Source: Lingula anatina (taxonomy: Eukaryota; Animalia; Brachiopoda). From it: DNA of 64,000 nt. Positions 36,617 through 49,913 of this stretch are shown here, piece by piece. How positions within the stretch are numbered: position 1 is the stretch's first letter; each line of letters starts with the position of its first letter. The notes below the pieces were generated by a model. That model saw nothing but the letters and a program-made list of their open reading frames with translations. It was not told the origin of the DNA and did no database searches. Made by a program: the position numbers and the translations under genes. The DNA lies in the NCBI GenBank assembly GCA_051362555.1, contig CM120647.1:1674001-1738000 (forward strand). Direction: 5' to 3'.

Positions 36617-37325
36617 TCAGTATAAGTACTGATAGGTCTTAACTTCTCTGCTGCCACCAACTGGCCAGCAGGGTTGATGGCTATTGGTACTGGGGCTTCA
36701 ACCCATCATTTCTAGTGGTAATGTATCTAATGAACTGTCCCTGTGGACTCAGTGCCACTATCTTGTGGTTACCATAGTCAGCAATGAAGATGTGACCATA
36801 GCTGTCTGTGCACACTCATGTGGTAACCACAGCTGACCATCACCACTGCCCTCTGTGCCATACTGGTACAGCTGACCACCAGTAGGAGACAGCATACGTA
36901 CACTTCGCCAGTCTGATATCACAATGTTACCATCCACCCTGTTCGCTGTGATGTACACTGAGTAAAAACAAATACTGAGTGGAATGGTGTTCAAGAGCAG
37001 CCCACTAAATGTGAAAAAAGATTTCCTTATTTTGTCACAAACCAACACATAACCTTATTTGTTCGGTGTGATACCAAATGGATCCTCAAGTTTACAGGGA
37101 CCCTCTGGTGGAGTATTCTGACACATTTGTCACCCGATGATGTTATGTACAGGTGACCAGTCTGTGACACAGCCACGTCTCAAATGGATAAATAAGTCTT
37201 TTTCGTCAACAGTAATAATCACGTGCTGCCCAGCTACCCTGTATGACCAGTCCAGTTCTAAATGTGTCAGTTTTATCATTTTGTGTTTTATGAGTGAGGA
37301 ATTCACACATTCTGCATTTTCTTAA
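36617..37325 (-). pseudogene. Decayed NHL remnant, copy 2
   Basis: ITANRVDGNIVISDW..LSPTGGQLYQYGTEGSGDGQL fragments with several frameshifts, downstream of the TRIM stop. Confidence 0.8.
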
Positions 37326-37382
37326 AAGGTGGAGGATCTTGGATTTGTCCACAGGTTAGGTAGAAGTCGAGGAAGTGGTAGT

Positions 37383-38711
37383 CTAGGACCGTGGAGGCAG
37401 AAGTGGAGGTGGTGGCACATTCAGACGTGGAGATTGAGGCAGAGGTGGAGGTGGGGGCACATTCAGACGTGGAGGCTTAGGCAGAGGTGGAGGTGGGGGC
37501 ACATTCAGACGTGGAGACTGAGGCAGAGGTGGAGGTGGGGGCACATTCAGACGTGGAGACTGAGGCAGAGGTGGAGGTGGTGGCACATTCAGACGTGGAG
37601 ACTGAGGCAGAGGTGGAGGTGGGGGCACATTCAGACGTGGAGATTGAGGCAGAGGTGGAGGTGGGGGCACATTCAGACGTGGAGGCTGTGGCAGAGGTGG
37701 AGGCGCAGGTACATACCGACGTGGAGGCTGAGGCAAAGGTGGGGGCGGAGGTGGTGCTGCCTGCGCGGTCACCTGCCCTAACATAGCTTCCAGTGCAGCA
37801 GCAGATATTATACCAGGGCTGTAGGATATCTGTGCTGGTGTGTCTGGAGTTGGTACTGGCATTTTCTCCAGTGCTGTCAGTCTCTCGGTCAGAGCCTTAG
37901 TATGAAGCATGATGTCAGAATTAGAGCCATTTGTTACAAGTTCCTGGGCAAATCTGCAGGCACTTTGTAAGGAGGCATGATGAAGTTCGAAGGTGTCCGT
38001 GTTTGCTTCCTTCTGCTTTTTACTGATGTTACAAGCAAATTTTACTTCTGAAATCAGTTTTTGCTCTGTAATTTCAACCAGTTTATGGAAAAATTGAGCC
38101 TGTTCTTTAATTTTGTTGATGGTATCTTCCGTGTTGACCTCCTCCAATTCATTGGTTCTGTCCTTGACAACTGCTTCTTTAAACATGCCCAGTTTTGTTT
38201 CAGCTTTCCTAAGGACAGCTTTAATCTTCTCTCGATTGCTATTTGCAACATCTTCAATGGGTACAATACCATGTCTGTAATGCTCTTTTGGTATACAGTC
38301 ACCACAAACAACGGCATCATCGTCTTCACAGTAGTATTTCAATTCATTTGTAGGATGCTTCTCACATTTGCTCATCATTTCTGCAGTGGCTTGCGTGACA
38401 CCATGCACATCATTGTCTTTGATTGGGGATGAGACTTCATGCTGCTGTTGCTGACTGAGAAGATCTTTTGCCTTATGAATAAGATGATTCTTTTTAAGTG
38501 CAAATCCTTTTCTTGGAAATTGTATCTCTTCCCTACAAAGGGGACACCAAAATGTCCTGTCCCGAGATACAGTTCGCGTAGCATGGTTACATATACAACC
38601 ATAGCAAAATGTATGGTAGCAAGGCAGCACACGGGGGTCCTCATACTCTCCCAGACAGATGCTACATGTCAAAAGATTATCTGTGAAAGCTGCTGCCAGC
38701 GCCTCGGCCAT
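37383..38711 (-). CDS. TRIM protein copy 2 (RING-B-box-CC plus 8 x 14-aa polyproline repeats; 442 aa)
   Basis: Open from MAEALAAAF to PPRS*; repeat [14 protein letters not shown]. Confidence 0.88.
   Translation of the reverse strand: MAEALAAAFTDNLLTCSICLGEYEDPRVLPCYHTFCYGCICNHATRTVSRDRTFWCPLCREEIQFPRKGFALKKNHLIHKAKDLLSQQQQHEVSSPIKDNDVHGVTQATAEMMSKCEKHPTNELKYYCEDDDAVVCGDCIPKEHYRHGIVPIEDVANSNREKIKAVLRKAETKLGMFKEAVVKDRTNELEEVNTEDTINKIKEQAQFFHKLVEITEQKLISEVKFACNISKKQKEANTDTFELHHASLQSACRFAQELVTNGSNSDIMLHTKALTERLTALEKMPVPTPDTPAQISYSPGIISAAALEAMLGQVTAQAAPPPPPPLPQPPRRYVPAPPPLPQPPRLNVPPPPPLPQSPRLNVPPPPPLPQSPRLNVPPPPPLPQSPRLNVPPPPPLPQSPRLNVPPPPPLPKPPRLNVPPPPPLPQSPRLNVPPPPLLPPRS
37386..37760. repeat. 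Coding 42-bp minisatellite, 8 units plus partial
   Basis: (gaggcagaggtggaggtgggggcacattcagacgtggagact)n on +. Confidence 0.95.
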
Positions 38712-39949
38712 ATTGAACTTTTTAGTGACGTCATATTTACTCCGTAACACTTGTTCCGTGGCCCTTGGCAGAGGTTCACTGATCACCTTTATACATAAGG
38801 TAAGGTACATATCACTGAGCATAAAAAGAAAACTAAACAAAACGAAATAGAACGCACTGATAAAACACACAAAAAAAAACTCTAACATAAAACACGTAGT
38901 CAACTTACATACTAAATTTAACCCTTATATATTTTATATAATAGGCCCGCGCTAGAGGGAACGTGACATTTGGTCTCTTCTGTCAACACAAGTACCTGTA
39001 TGATACAGCGAAATCTTACTACAATAAACAGTACTGCGCATAGATATAAGAGAGATCGGTGATATAAATCTAAAGTATACAAATGATCTTTGCATCATAT
39101 TAGGGTAGGATAAATAATAGCTTTTGTTTGGGAGTCTCTCAAGATACAGGTGATTTTAGAGGCAAAATGAGTTTAAAAGTTCATTTCTGATGAGAAATTT
39201 GAGCTAGGAGCCTTCTTTAGGTCGCTAATTTCACTATTTTTGGAAACATATACAAAGCATGTGTACTACATGTCTAACTACAAACAGTTAATGTAGTAAC
39301 TTTGTGCATGTATATACCTGTATTGAATAGGGTTGGATGAAGAGCAAATCTTTGATAAGTAAGTGTTTTCTACAGCAGGAAATTATGCTAAACACACATG
39401 TGCAACTATTTTTTTCACAACTATAATGACGATTTTCAAAAATGGCAAACAATACGCCCTAACAAAAGTTTCAACATCGACAACTAAAGGACATAGTTTG
39501 TAATATACATTTTCTTATGTTTTTAGGGTTTTAAATATATTTTGCTCATGTTAACACTGCCATTGTTACATTTTAAATGGAGTTTGGTTACCTTGATGGT
39601 TGTCAGTTTACTGTCAACCTTGACAGAAGAGTCAGATCTCGGTTAATCAGAACGAGGAGTGATAAGAGATCGCAAGTTTTGCTGCATGTGAATTATGAGG
39701 AAGAATCAGAATTATCTTAACCTCAAGCAACCAAAGAGTGTATGTTTTTAAATTATTAAAAAAAGGTGGATGGAATATTTTTTTCTGCATGTAAGAATCT
39801 GTGGAAGCAATCACTATCATGAACTGAAGACCAGCAAAGAAGTTGCCAAGGAAATATGCAACGTCTGGATGTCCGAGAGTATTTCCTCTCTTTGAGAACA
39901 TTTACAACAGAATAACTGCATATTAGGGCTACATATAAAAATATTGTGC

Positions 39950-42900
39950 AGGCGTATCGGACTTCAGTGAGCAACCAACTGGACTTCCAGACGGACGCAT
40001 AACATTTCTTCCTACGCGGTTTTTTCATTTTTTGATGGAAACCTTCAATATTTCTTCTCAAGAAGAAGACGCCCTACTGGGGTCAGGGGTGGGTATTACC
40101 CCTTCTGAATCGAGAAACATTTTCTCAGCGATTGATGGCCTTAAGGGCACTATGGAGGCTGTTGCCTCCAATATACATAAAATGGGCGAGGTTTGGGCGA
40201 CAATGGCAGCCGAAAAGAAACCCGCCAAACGCTCTGCGACGGTCTTTGAAGAAGGAGAGGGAGGAGACGACTCCTCCTGCTCCGATATCGACAGTCCTAT
40301 GGACCATCAGGACGAAGACGACGTTGCGAGCCTCCTCAATGCCGCGGGAAAAAACCAAAGGCGGCAAAAAGTGACAGTACTACTGTCTTAGAAGATGTAA
40401 GCGCATCATTTGAAGATGAGGAGGATACTGGGCCGAATATAAGCGCTAAATTGGCTGACATTGCCAATAAAGCTTTTTCTAAGCCACTGGCGACAGAAAA
40501 AGTAAAAAAGAAGAAGGAGTTGTATTTGAGGCCACAGACAAAGTCACAGTGCCTCGGGTTAACAAAGAAATTTGGTGCAGAATGCGCAAACAGAGCTATC
40601 TCAAGAAAAGAGATGTGAGATTTTCTTCCATCCAAAGTGCTATCACTAAAAGCACCTTTGCAATGTTATCCGTTGTGGAAAACTTGCTAAGCAAACCCGC
40701 CGAGCCTTCGACAGAACAATCCATACGCGCATGTTTAGATGCCGTATTTCTGCTCGGGCATGCGAACACGTCAGTGTCGCTACAAAGGCGGGAATTACTA
40801 CGGCCCGTGCTTAAAAGCGATCACGCCGGGTCATGCGATGCCAACATACCCGTAACCTCTTTACTATTTGGTGACGACCTGCCAAAATCCGTCAAAGATA
40901 TACGGGAAATGGACAAGGTGGGCCGGGACGCGGTCCAACCGTACCAGCCAAAAAACTGGAAGAGGCCGGGGTACAACCCTTGGCACGGACAGGGCTACAA
41001 TTCCCGAGAGGGACACACCCAGGACTGGTTCAACAAACCAGGGCCGAGTGCCGTGAGAAGGGGAAAGAAGTTCAAGAAAGAGTAGAACCCACTATGAAGG
41101 TGAGGACTCTAGAAACATTTAAAAGTGAATTTTCACTGTTTATTTTAGATGCCGTTAAAAAGGCTAACTATGATATTCTTACTTTTGAAGGAGGCAGATT
41201 ACGGTATTTTATAGACGAATGGAGATCTATAACCTCCGACAAAGAAATATTAAGAATAATTAAAGGCATGGAACTAGATTTCCGTTTAATGCCAGTGCAG
41301 GCAAGGCCAATAAGGGAGGCAAAATTCAATGCCTCTGAAACCGTAGAAATAGAAAAGGAAATACAGAGATTATTACAAAAGAAAATTATAGTTGAATCTC
41401 CAATGGAAATTGGTCAATTTATTTCACCAATTTTTTTGAGAATGAAAAAGAGCGGGAAATACCGACTCATTTGTAATCTAAAAGAGTTAAATGAGTGCAT
41501 TGATAATCACCATTTTAAAATGGATTCATTGCAAACAAACAATTAAGATGATGACGCCTAACTGCTGGCAATCAAGTATTGATCTCTCTGATGCATATTA
41601 TTGCATATTTGTCTCTGAAAAATATCAAAAATACTTAAAATTCCAATGGAAATCAAAGTTATACCAGTACAGGGCGTGTCCAATGGGCCTCAATATAAGC
41701 CCCAGGGTCTTCACCCGGGTTCTTAAGCCAATTTTCTCTTGCTTAAGGAAAAGCGGGTATCTCTCCGTAGTATATATAGATGACACATATTTACAAGGAG
41801 AGAGCACTGAAGCTTGCAACAAAAACGTCAAAGCTACGATCGAAATGCTTACTCAATGTGGCTTTGTCATAAATCCGGAAAAATCGGTGTTTCAAGCTAC
41901 ACAATCTATAGAATTTTTAGGATTTATTCTGAACTCTGTAGATATGACTGTGGCAATATCTGACTCCAAAAGTTGCAAGATAATTGATCTTTGTAATTCT
42001 TTCTTGAAGAAAACGTCTCCAACTATAAGAGAATTGTGTACCATTATAGGAAATTTAATTGCGACCTTCCCCGCCGTTCTTAATGGGAAACTTTTCTACA
42101 GACAGTTGGAAAATGATAAAATAGCAGCTTTAAAAGATGCCAAAGGAAACTTTGATGCAAAAGTTAATATATCAGATATGGCTGTAAGTGATTTAAGGTG
42201 GTGGATTAGTTGCTTAAAAGGCTCAAAAGCACCAGTCACAGTAAGAAACCTCGATCTGAATCTTGAAACAGATTCCAGTACAATGGGGTGGGGTTGTTAC
42301 TGTCGAGAATTGAACATCAAAACAGGTGGTCAGTGGAAACCTTCAGAGTCTGATCATCATATAAACTTTCTCTAGCTTCAGGCAGCTCAGTTTTCACTTC
42401 AGGCACTCTGTAACGATAAGAAAAACATTCACATCAAACTATTGATGGATAACATAACACCACTGCCGTTGCTTACATAAGAGAGCAGGGGGGCAGTAGA
42501 TCTTTGGAATGTAATGCAATTGCAAGAAATATTTGGATGTGGGCTACCGAAAGATCCTTTTGGCTAAGCGCATCACATATACCGCGTATAGTTAATGTCA
42601 AAGCAGATTATGAAAGTAGACATTTCCACTGTGAGAAAGAGTGGATGTTGAATTGCTCTGTCTTTAACAAAGCCCTTGAATTACTACAATTTGTACCAAC
42701 CATTGATATGTTTGCCACTAGGCTTAATCATCAATTAGACAAATATGTCTCATGAAGACCTGAACCTCAATCTTTTGCTGTTGACACTTTTTCAATCCCA
42801 TGGGGAAATTTATCAGTTAACTGTTTCCCACCTTTCAGTTTGATGCCGGCAGTACTACAAAAGATGACAATAGAGCAAGTAACAGGGATAGTTGTGTTTC

Positions 42901-43212
42901 CCAAGTGGCCGACTCAGTCGTATTACACAACAGCGCTGAACATGTTAATTGCGCCACCAATTTATGTTCCCAAGCGGAAAGACCTTCTTCAACTACCGGG
43001 AACGAAGGAAATTCACAAAATATGGGACACGTTAAATCTGCTCATATGCCTCTTATCAGGAGATCGTTCGAGGAGCGAAAGATTCCGCAGAATGTTGCCG
43101 AGATACTGTTATCCTCTTGGAGGCCAAGCACATCTAAGCAATATGACTGTTATCTTAAACGATGGCACGAGTACTGTAATAGACGGAAATTAATCCGTTT
43201 CATACTACCGGT
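39950..43212 (+). mobile_element. DIRS copy B, defective
   Basis: Colinear with copy A. gag is frameshifted (~40355 insertion, ~40538 deletion) and RT is frameshifted at ~41540. It shares the RNase H TAG and the MTase-region TGA with copy A, and has the same 3' truncation. Confidence 0.9.
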
Positions 43213-44502
43213 GTATAGCGTCTTTATTCCCCGTTTGTTGCATTGTACCTCGATTTTAAGAACTTTTTTTGAAAAAGGAAAGATGCCAACAATACCACAA
43301 CTATAACATTTTCAAATTCATTTTCAATCTATCCATTAATTAATTAATCATTAACTATCTTTTTCTAGTTGTGAGGTGAGCTTCTAAGAAGATGTCTCAA
43401 AAACTACACTCTGCTGGGATTCTTGCTTAGTGCAATTAGTAGAATCAGTTTAAGTGTCTGACATGTCTCCCCAATCCAGATACAATAACTCCCTAGCTGC
43501 CCAAGGAGGCGTATTAAAATAATTTAAATCGAAAATGATGTCAAAGACAGGAAAAAAGAGACTGAAGTGATCTATAGTTTTATTTAAATGAACACAATAT
43601 AAAAAGATAACAGCTAGTTGATTCATTGAATCGACTGTTCAATTGTTACAGTGCTAAGATGATTACAATGGTGATTGGACTTTATTTCTTTTTTTTTTGG
43701 TTGAGGGGGGGGGGATAAATGTTATTCACAGATATTGAAAGATTAAGCCTAGCTTTCTGTTATGCTGTGAATTACTGTTAATTCGTACTTGAGTATATAA
43801 TTTGGTTATATTTATTAAAGAGACTTCAAATTATGTATCATTTTCAGACTCTACGCGTCAGCAATGAAGTACATGCTGTCAGCATAAGATGCTATATTAC
43901 ATTGTACCCCGTGAAATGTCATAAGTTTGCAATCGATACCTTGATCTTTTCAATGGGGGCAGAAACTGTGAATTTCAAGAACAGTGTACCGATATTTTTA
44001 ACTAATAATTTCTTAAAATTAGAACATTCCTATTGGATGGTAGGGAAAAAAATAAAAAGCAGGCTACTACAGTGTAATTATATTCTTAGCAGTAAAAGCC
44101 ATACAGAAATATAATCTTTGTGATTATAAAATTACGTATCTGCAAAATGGATAATTTTGCCCATTGAAAATATTGAGTCATAGGGTGCTTTCCCAGAGAT
44201 TTAGATCGATCTAAAGATTAAGTTTTAGATCGACCTAACCCCCTTGGGGGTTCAGGCTAAATTGCAGTCAGCCGAGCGTACACCATAGTTAATTACCTCC
44301 TTACAGCTTTTAGTAGGCGGGACAGACGCTTAAGCCGGCCAAGCTGACAGTAATCTAGTGAGACTCCCCAGAGGGATAGATCGATCTAAAATCTATGGAA
44401 ATGGGGTGTTAAACATATGGATCAAATTTCTTCAACCTGCCATGTTACCGTACAGCTAATTATGAAGATCTGTATAACAATGTCTTTGCGTGAATAGCAT
44501 AT

Positions 44503-45210
44503 TCAGTATAAGTACTGATAGGTCTTAACTTCTCTGCTGCCACCAACTGGCCAGCAGGGTTGATGGCTATTGAAACTGGGGCTTCAACCCATCATTTCTA
44601 GTGGTAATGTATCTAATGAACTGTCCCTGTGGACTCAGTGCCACTATCTTGTGGTTACCATAGTCAGCAATGAAGATGTGACCATAGCTGTCTGTGCACA
44701 CTCATGTGGTAACCACAGCTGACCATCACCACTGCCCTCTGTGCCATTCTGGTACAGCTGACCACCAGTAGGAGACAGCATACGTACACTTCGCCAGTCT
44801 GATATCACAATGTTACCATCCACCCTGTTCGCTGTGATGTACACTGAGTAAAAACAAATACTGAGTGGAATGGTGTTCAAGAGCAGCCCACTAAATGTGA
44901 AAAAAGATTTCCTTATTTTGTCGCAAACCAACACATAACCTTATTTGTTCGGTGTGATACCAAATGGATCCTCTAGTTTACAGGGACCCTTCAGTGGAGT
45001 ATTCTGACACATTTGTCACCCGATGATGTTATATACAGGTGACCAGTCTGTGACACAGCCACGTCTAAAATGGATAAATAAGTCTTTTTCGTCAACAGTA
45101 ATAATCACGTGTTGCCCAGCTACCCTGTATGACCAGTCCAGTTCTAAATGTGTCAGTTTTATCATTTTGTGTTTTATGAGTGAGGAATTCACACATTCTG
45201 CATTTTCTTA
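44503..45210 (-). pseudogene. Decayed NHL remnant, copy 3
   Basis: Near-identical to 36617-37325. Confidence 0.8.
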
Positions 45211-45268
45211 AAAGGTGGAGGATCTTGGATTTGTCCACAGGTTAGGTAGAAGTTGAGGAAGTGGTAGT

Positions 45269-46723
45269 CTAGGACCGTGGAGGTAGAGGTGGAGGTGGGG
45301 GCACATTCGGACGTGGAGACTGAGGCAGAGGTGGAGGTGGGGGCACATTCGGACGTGGAGATTGAGGCAGAGGTGGAGGTGGGGGCACATTCGGACGTGG
45401 AGACTGAGGCAGAGGTGGAGGTGGGGGCACATTCGGACGTGGAGACTGAGGCAGAGGTGGAGGTGGGGGCACATTCGGACGTGGAGACTGAGGCAGAGGT
45501 GAGGGTGGGGGCACATTCGGACGTGGAGACTGAGGCAGAGGTGGAGGTGGGGGCACATTCGGACGTGGAGACTGAGGCAGAGGTGGAGGTGGTGGCACAT
45601 TCAGACGTGGAGACTGAGGCAGAGGTGGAGGTGGGGGCACATTCAGACGTGGAGACTGAGGCAGAGGTGGAGGTGGGGGCACATTCAGACGTGGAGGCTG
45701 TGGCAGAGGTGGAGGCGCAGGTACATACCGACGTGGAGGCTGAGGCAAAGGTGGGGGCGGAGGTGTTGCTGCCTGCGCGGTCACCTGCCCTAACATAGCT
45801 TCCAGTGCAGCAGCAGATATTATACCAGGGCTGTAGGATATCTGTGCTGGTGTGTCTGGAGTTGGCACTGGCATTTTCTCCATTGCTGTCAGTCTCTCGG
45901 TCAGAGCCTTAGTATGAAGCATGATGTCAGAATTAGAGCCATTTGTTACAAGTTCCTGGGCAAATCTGCAGGCACTTTGTAAGGAGGCATGATGAAGTTC
46001 GAAGGTGTCCGTGTTTGCTTCCTTCTGCTTTTTACTGATGTTACAAGCAAATTTTACTTCTGATATCAGTTTTTGCTCTGTACTTTCAACCAGTTTATGG
46101 ATAAATTGAGCCTGTTCTTTAATTTTGTTGATGGTTTCTTCCGTGTTGACCTCCTCCAATTCATTGGTTCTGTCCTTGGCAACTGCTTCTTTAAACATGT
46201 CCAGTTTTGTTTCAGTTTTCATAAGGACAGCTTTAATCTTTTCTCGATTGCTATTTGCAACATCTTCAATGGGCACAATACCATGTCTGTAATGCTCTTT
46301 TGGTATACAGTCACCACAAACAACGGTATCATCGTCTTCACAGTAGTATTTCAATTCATTTGTAGGATGCTGTTCACATTTGCTCATCATTTCTGCAGTG
46401 GCTTGCGTGACACTATGCACATCAGTATCTTTGATTGGGGATGAGACTTCATTCTGCCGTTGCTGACTGAGAAGATCTCTTGCCTTGTGAATAAGATGAT
46501 TCTTTTTGAGTGCAAGTCCTTTTCTTGGAAATTGTATCTCTTCTCTACAAAGGGGACACAAAAATGTCCTTTTCCGAGTTACAGTTCGCGTAGCATGGTT
46601 ACATATACAACCATAGCAAAATGTATGGTAGCAAGGCAGCACACGGGGGTCCTCATACTCTCCCAGACAGATGCTACATGTCAAAAGATTATCTGTGAAA
46701 GCTGCTGCCAGCGCCTCGGCCAT
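45269..46723 (-). CDS. TRIM protein copy 3 (RBCC plus 11 polyproline repeats; 484 aa)
   Basis: Open ORF; the last 7 full repeats carry a copy-specific RPNV variant. Confidence 0.88.
   Translation of the reverse strand: MAEALAAAFTDNLLTCSICLGEYEDPRVLPCYHTFCYGCICNHATRTVTRKRTFLCPLCREEIQFPRKGLALKKNHLIHKARDLLSQQRQNEVSSPIKDTDVHSVTQATAEMMSKCEQHPTNELKYYCEDDDTVVCGDCIPKEHYRHGIVPIEDVANSNREKIKAVLMKTETKLDMFKEAVAKDRTNELEEVNTEETINKIKEQAQFIHKLVESTEQKLISEVKFACNISKKQKEANTDTFELHHASLQSACRFAQELVTNGSNSDIMLHTKALTERLTAMEKMPVPTPDTPAQISYSPGIISAAALEAMLGQVTAQAATPPPPPLPQPPRRYVPAPPPLPQPPRLNVPPPPPLPQSPRLNVPPPPPLPQSPRLNVPPPPPLPQSPRPNVPPPPPLPQSPRPNVPPPSPLPQSPRPNVPPPPPLPQSPRPNVPPPPPLPQSPRPNVPPPPPLPQSPRPNVPPPPPLPQSPRPNVPPPPPLPPRS
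45272..45770. repeat. Coding 42-bp minisatellite, 11 units plus partial
   Basis: cacattcGgacgtgg variant in 7 consecutive units. Confidence 0.95.
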
Positions 46724-47954
46724 ATTGAACTTTTTAGTGACGTCATATTTACTCCGTAACACTTGTTCCGTGGCCCTTGGCAGAGGTTCACTGATCACCT
46801 TTATATATAAGGTAAGGTACATATCACTGAGCATAAAAAGAAAACTAAACAAAACGAAATAGAACGCACTGATAAAACACACACAAAAAACTCTAACATA
46901 AAACACGTAGTCAACTTACAAACTAAATTTAACCCTTATATATTTTATATAATAGGCCCGCGCTAGAGGGAACGTGACATTTGGTCTCTTCTGTCAACAC
47001 AAGTACCTGTATGATACTGCGAAATCTTACTACAAAAAACAGTACTGCGCATAGATATAAGAGAGATCGGTGATATAAATCTAAAGTATACAAATGATCT
47101 TTGCATCATATTAGGGTAGGATAAATAATAGCTTTTGTTTGGGAGTCTCTCAAGATACAGGTGATTTTAGAGGCAAAATGAGTTTAAAAGTTCATTTCTG
47201 ATGAGAAATTTGAGCTAGGAGCCTTCTTTAGGTCGCTAATTTCACTATTTTTGGAAAAGTATACAAAGCATGTGTACTACATGTCTACACAAACAGTTAA
47301 TGTATAGTAACTTTGTGCATGTATATACCTGTATTGAATAGGGTTGGATGAAGAACAAATCTTTGATAAGTAAGTGTTTTCTACAGCAGGAAATTATGCT
47401 AAACACACATGTGCAACTATTTTTTTCACAACAAAAATGACGATTTTCAAAAATGGCAGACAATACGCCCTAACAAAAGTTTCAACATCGACAACTAAAG
47501 GACATGTAAAGGTTTGTAATATACATTTTCTTATGTTTTTAGGGTTGTAAAATATATTTTGCTCATGTTAACACTGCCATTGTTACATTTTAAATTGAGT
47601 TTGGTTACCTTGATGGCTGTCAACCTTGACGGAAGAGTCAGATCTCGGTTAATCAGAACGAGGAGTGATAAAAGATCGCAAGTTTTGCTGCATGTGAATT
47701 ATGAGGAAGAATCAGAATTATCTTAACCTCAAGCAACCAAAGAGTGTATGTCTTTAAGTTATTAAAAAAAGGAGGAGGAATATTTTTTTTGCATGAAAGA
47801 ACCTGTGGAAGCAATCACTATCATGAACTGAAGACCAGCAAAGATGTTGCCAAGGAAATGTGCAATGTCTGGATGTCCGAGAATATTTCCTCTCTTTTAG
47901 AACATTTACAACAGAATAACTGCATATTAGGGCTACATATAAAAATATTGTGCA

Positions 47955-48660
47955 GGCGTATCGGACTTCAGTGGAAATATTTGGATGTGGGCTACCGAAA
48001 GATCCATTTGCCTAAGCGCATCACATATACCGGGTATAGTTAATGTCAAAGCAGATTATGAAAGCAGACATTTCCACTGTGAGAAAGAGTGGATGTTGAA
48101 TTGCTCTGTCTTTAACAAAGCCCTTGGATTACTACAATTTGTACCAACCATTGATATGTTTGCCACTAGGCTTAATCATCAATTAGACAAATATGTCTCA
48201 TGGAGACATGAGCCTCAATCTTTTGCTGTTGACGCTTTTTCAATCCCATGGGGAAATTTATCAGTTTACTGTTTCCCACCTTTCAGTTTGATACCGGCAG
48301 TTCTACAAAAGATGACATTAGAGCAAGTAACAGGGATAGTTGTGTTTCCCAACTGGCCGACTCAGTCGTATCACACAACAGCGCTGAACATGTTAATTGC
48401 GCCACCAATTTATGTTCCCAAGCTGAAAGACCTTCTTCAACTACCGGGAACGAAGGAAATTCACAAAATATGGGACAAGTTAAATCTGCTCATATGCCTC
48501 TTATTAGGAGATCGTTCGAGGAGCGAAAGATTCCGCAGAATGTTGCCGAGATACTGTTATCCTCTTGGAGGCCAAGCACATCTAAGCAATATGACTGTTA
48601 TCTTAAACGATGGCACGAGTACTGTAATAGACGGAAATTAATCCGTTTCATACTACCGGT
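47955..48660 (+). mobile_element. DIRS copy C with a ~2.5-kb internal deletion (gag, RT and most of RNase H removed)
   Basis: Junction cggacttcagtg|gaaatatttgg at 47973/47974 joins the equivalent of ~32088 to ~34630. Confidence 0.88.
47985..48641 (+). CDS. Open 218-aa ORF: end of DIRS RNase H plus the DNA N6-adenine methyltransferase-like domain
   Basis: MWATERSICLSASHIPGIVNVKADYESR..EWML..IDMFATRLNHQLDKYVSWRHEPQSFAVDAFSIPW..YCFPPFSLI..VVFPNWPTQS; TGG where copies A/B have TGA. No evidence of expression. Confidence 0.5.
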   Translation: MWATERSICLSASHIPGIVNVKADYESRHFHCEKEWMLNCSVFNKALGLLQFVPTIDMFATRLNHQLDKYVSWRHEPQSFAVDAFSIPWGNLSVYCFPPFSLIPAVLQKMTLEQVTGIVVFPNWPTQSYHTTALNMLIAPPIYVPKLKDLLQLPGTKEIHKIWDKLNLLICLLLGDRSRSERFRRMLPRYCYPLGGQAHLSNMTVILNDGTSTVIDGN

Positions 48661-49913
48661 ATATAGCGTCTTTATGCCCCATTTGTTGCATTGTACCTCG
48701 ATTTTAAGAACTTTTTTTGAAAAAGGAAAGATGCCAACAATACCACAACTATAACATTTTCAAATTCATTTTTAATCTATCCATTAATTCATTAATCATT
48801 AACTATCTTTTTCTAGTTGTGAGGTGAGCTTCTAAGAAGATGTCTCAAAAACTACACTCTGCTGGGATTCTTGCTAAGTGCAATTAGTAGAATCAATTTA
48901 AGTGTCTGACATGTCTCCCCAATCCAGATACAATAACTCCCTAGCTGCCCAAGGAGGCGTATTAAAATAATTTAAATCGAAAATGATGTCAAAGACAGGA
49001 AAAAAGAGACTGAAGTGATCTATAGTTTTATTTAAATGAACACAATATAAAAAGATAACAGCTAGTTGATTCATTGAATCGACTGTTCAATTGTTACAGT
49101 GCTAAGATGATTACAATGGTGATTGGACTTTATTTCTTTTTCTAGTTGGGGGGGGGGGGGGGTAAATGTTACTGTGGATTACTGTTAATTCGTACTTGAG
49201 TATATAATTTGCTTATATTTATTAAAGAGACCTCAAATTATGTATCATTTTCAGACTCTACGCTTCAGCAATGAAGTACATGCTGTCATCAAAAGATGCT
49301 ATATTACATTGTACCCCGTGAAATATCATAAGTTTGCAATCGATAGCTCGATCTTTTCAATGGGGGCAGAAACTGTGAATTTCAAGAACAGTGTACCGAT
49401 ATTTTTAACTAATAATTTCTTAAAATTAGAACATTCCTATTGGATGGTAGGGAAAAAAAATAAAAAGCAGGCTACTACAGTGTATATAATTATATTCTTA
49501 GCAGTAAAAGCCATACAGAAATATAATCTTTGTGATTATAAAATAACGTATCTGCAAAATGGATAATTTTGCCCATTGAAAATATTGAGTCATAGGGTGC
49601 TTTCCCAGAGATTTAGATCGATCTAAAGATTAAGTTTTAGATCGACCTAACTCCCTGGGGGTTCAGGCTAAATTGCAGTCAGCCGAGCGGACACCATAGT
49701 TAATTACCCCCTTACAGCTTTTAGTAGGCGGGACAGACGCTTAAGCCGGCCAAGCTGACAGTAATCTAGTGAGACTCCCCACAGGGATAGATCGATCTAA
49801 AATCTATGGAAATGGAGTGTTAAACATATGGATCAAATTTCTTCAACCTGCCATGTTACCGTACAGCTAATTATGAAGATCTGTATAACAATGTCTTTGC
49901 GTGAATAGCATAT

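Noticed and set aside
37386-37760. 42-bp repeats or the 1384-bp array as a CRISPR array
   Set aside because: Contiguous tandem units without unique spacers, no cas genes, eukaryotic context.
32070-43212. Active autonomous DIRS elements
   Set aside because: Stop at the catalytic RNase H Glu codon, RT frameshifts, tyrosine recombinase truncated, no terminal repeats or ICR found.
47744-48043. 99-aa ORF spanning the DIRS deletion junction (also 58200-58499)
   Set aside because: GTG start, disrupted in units 1-2, no domain similarity recognised.
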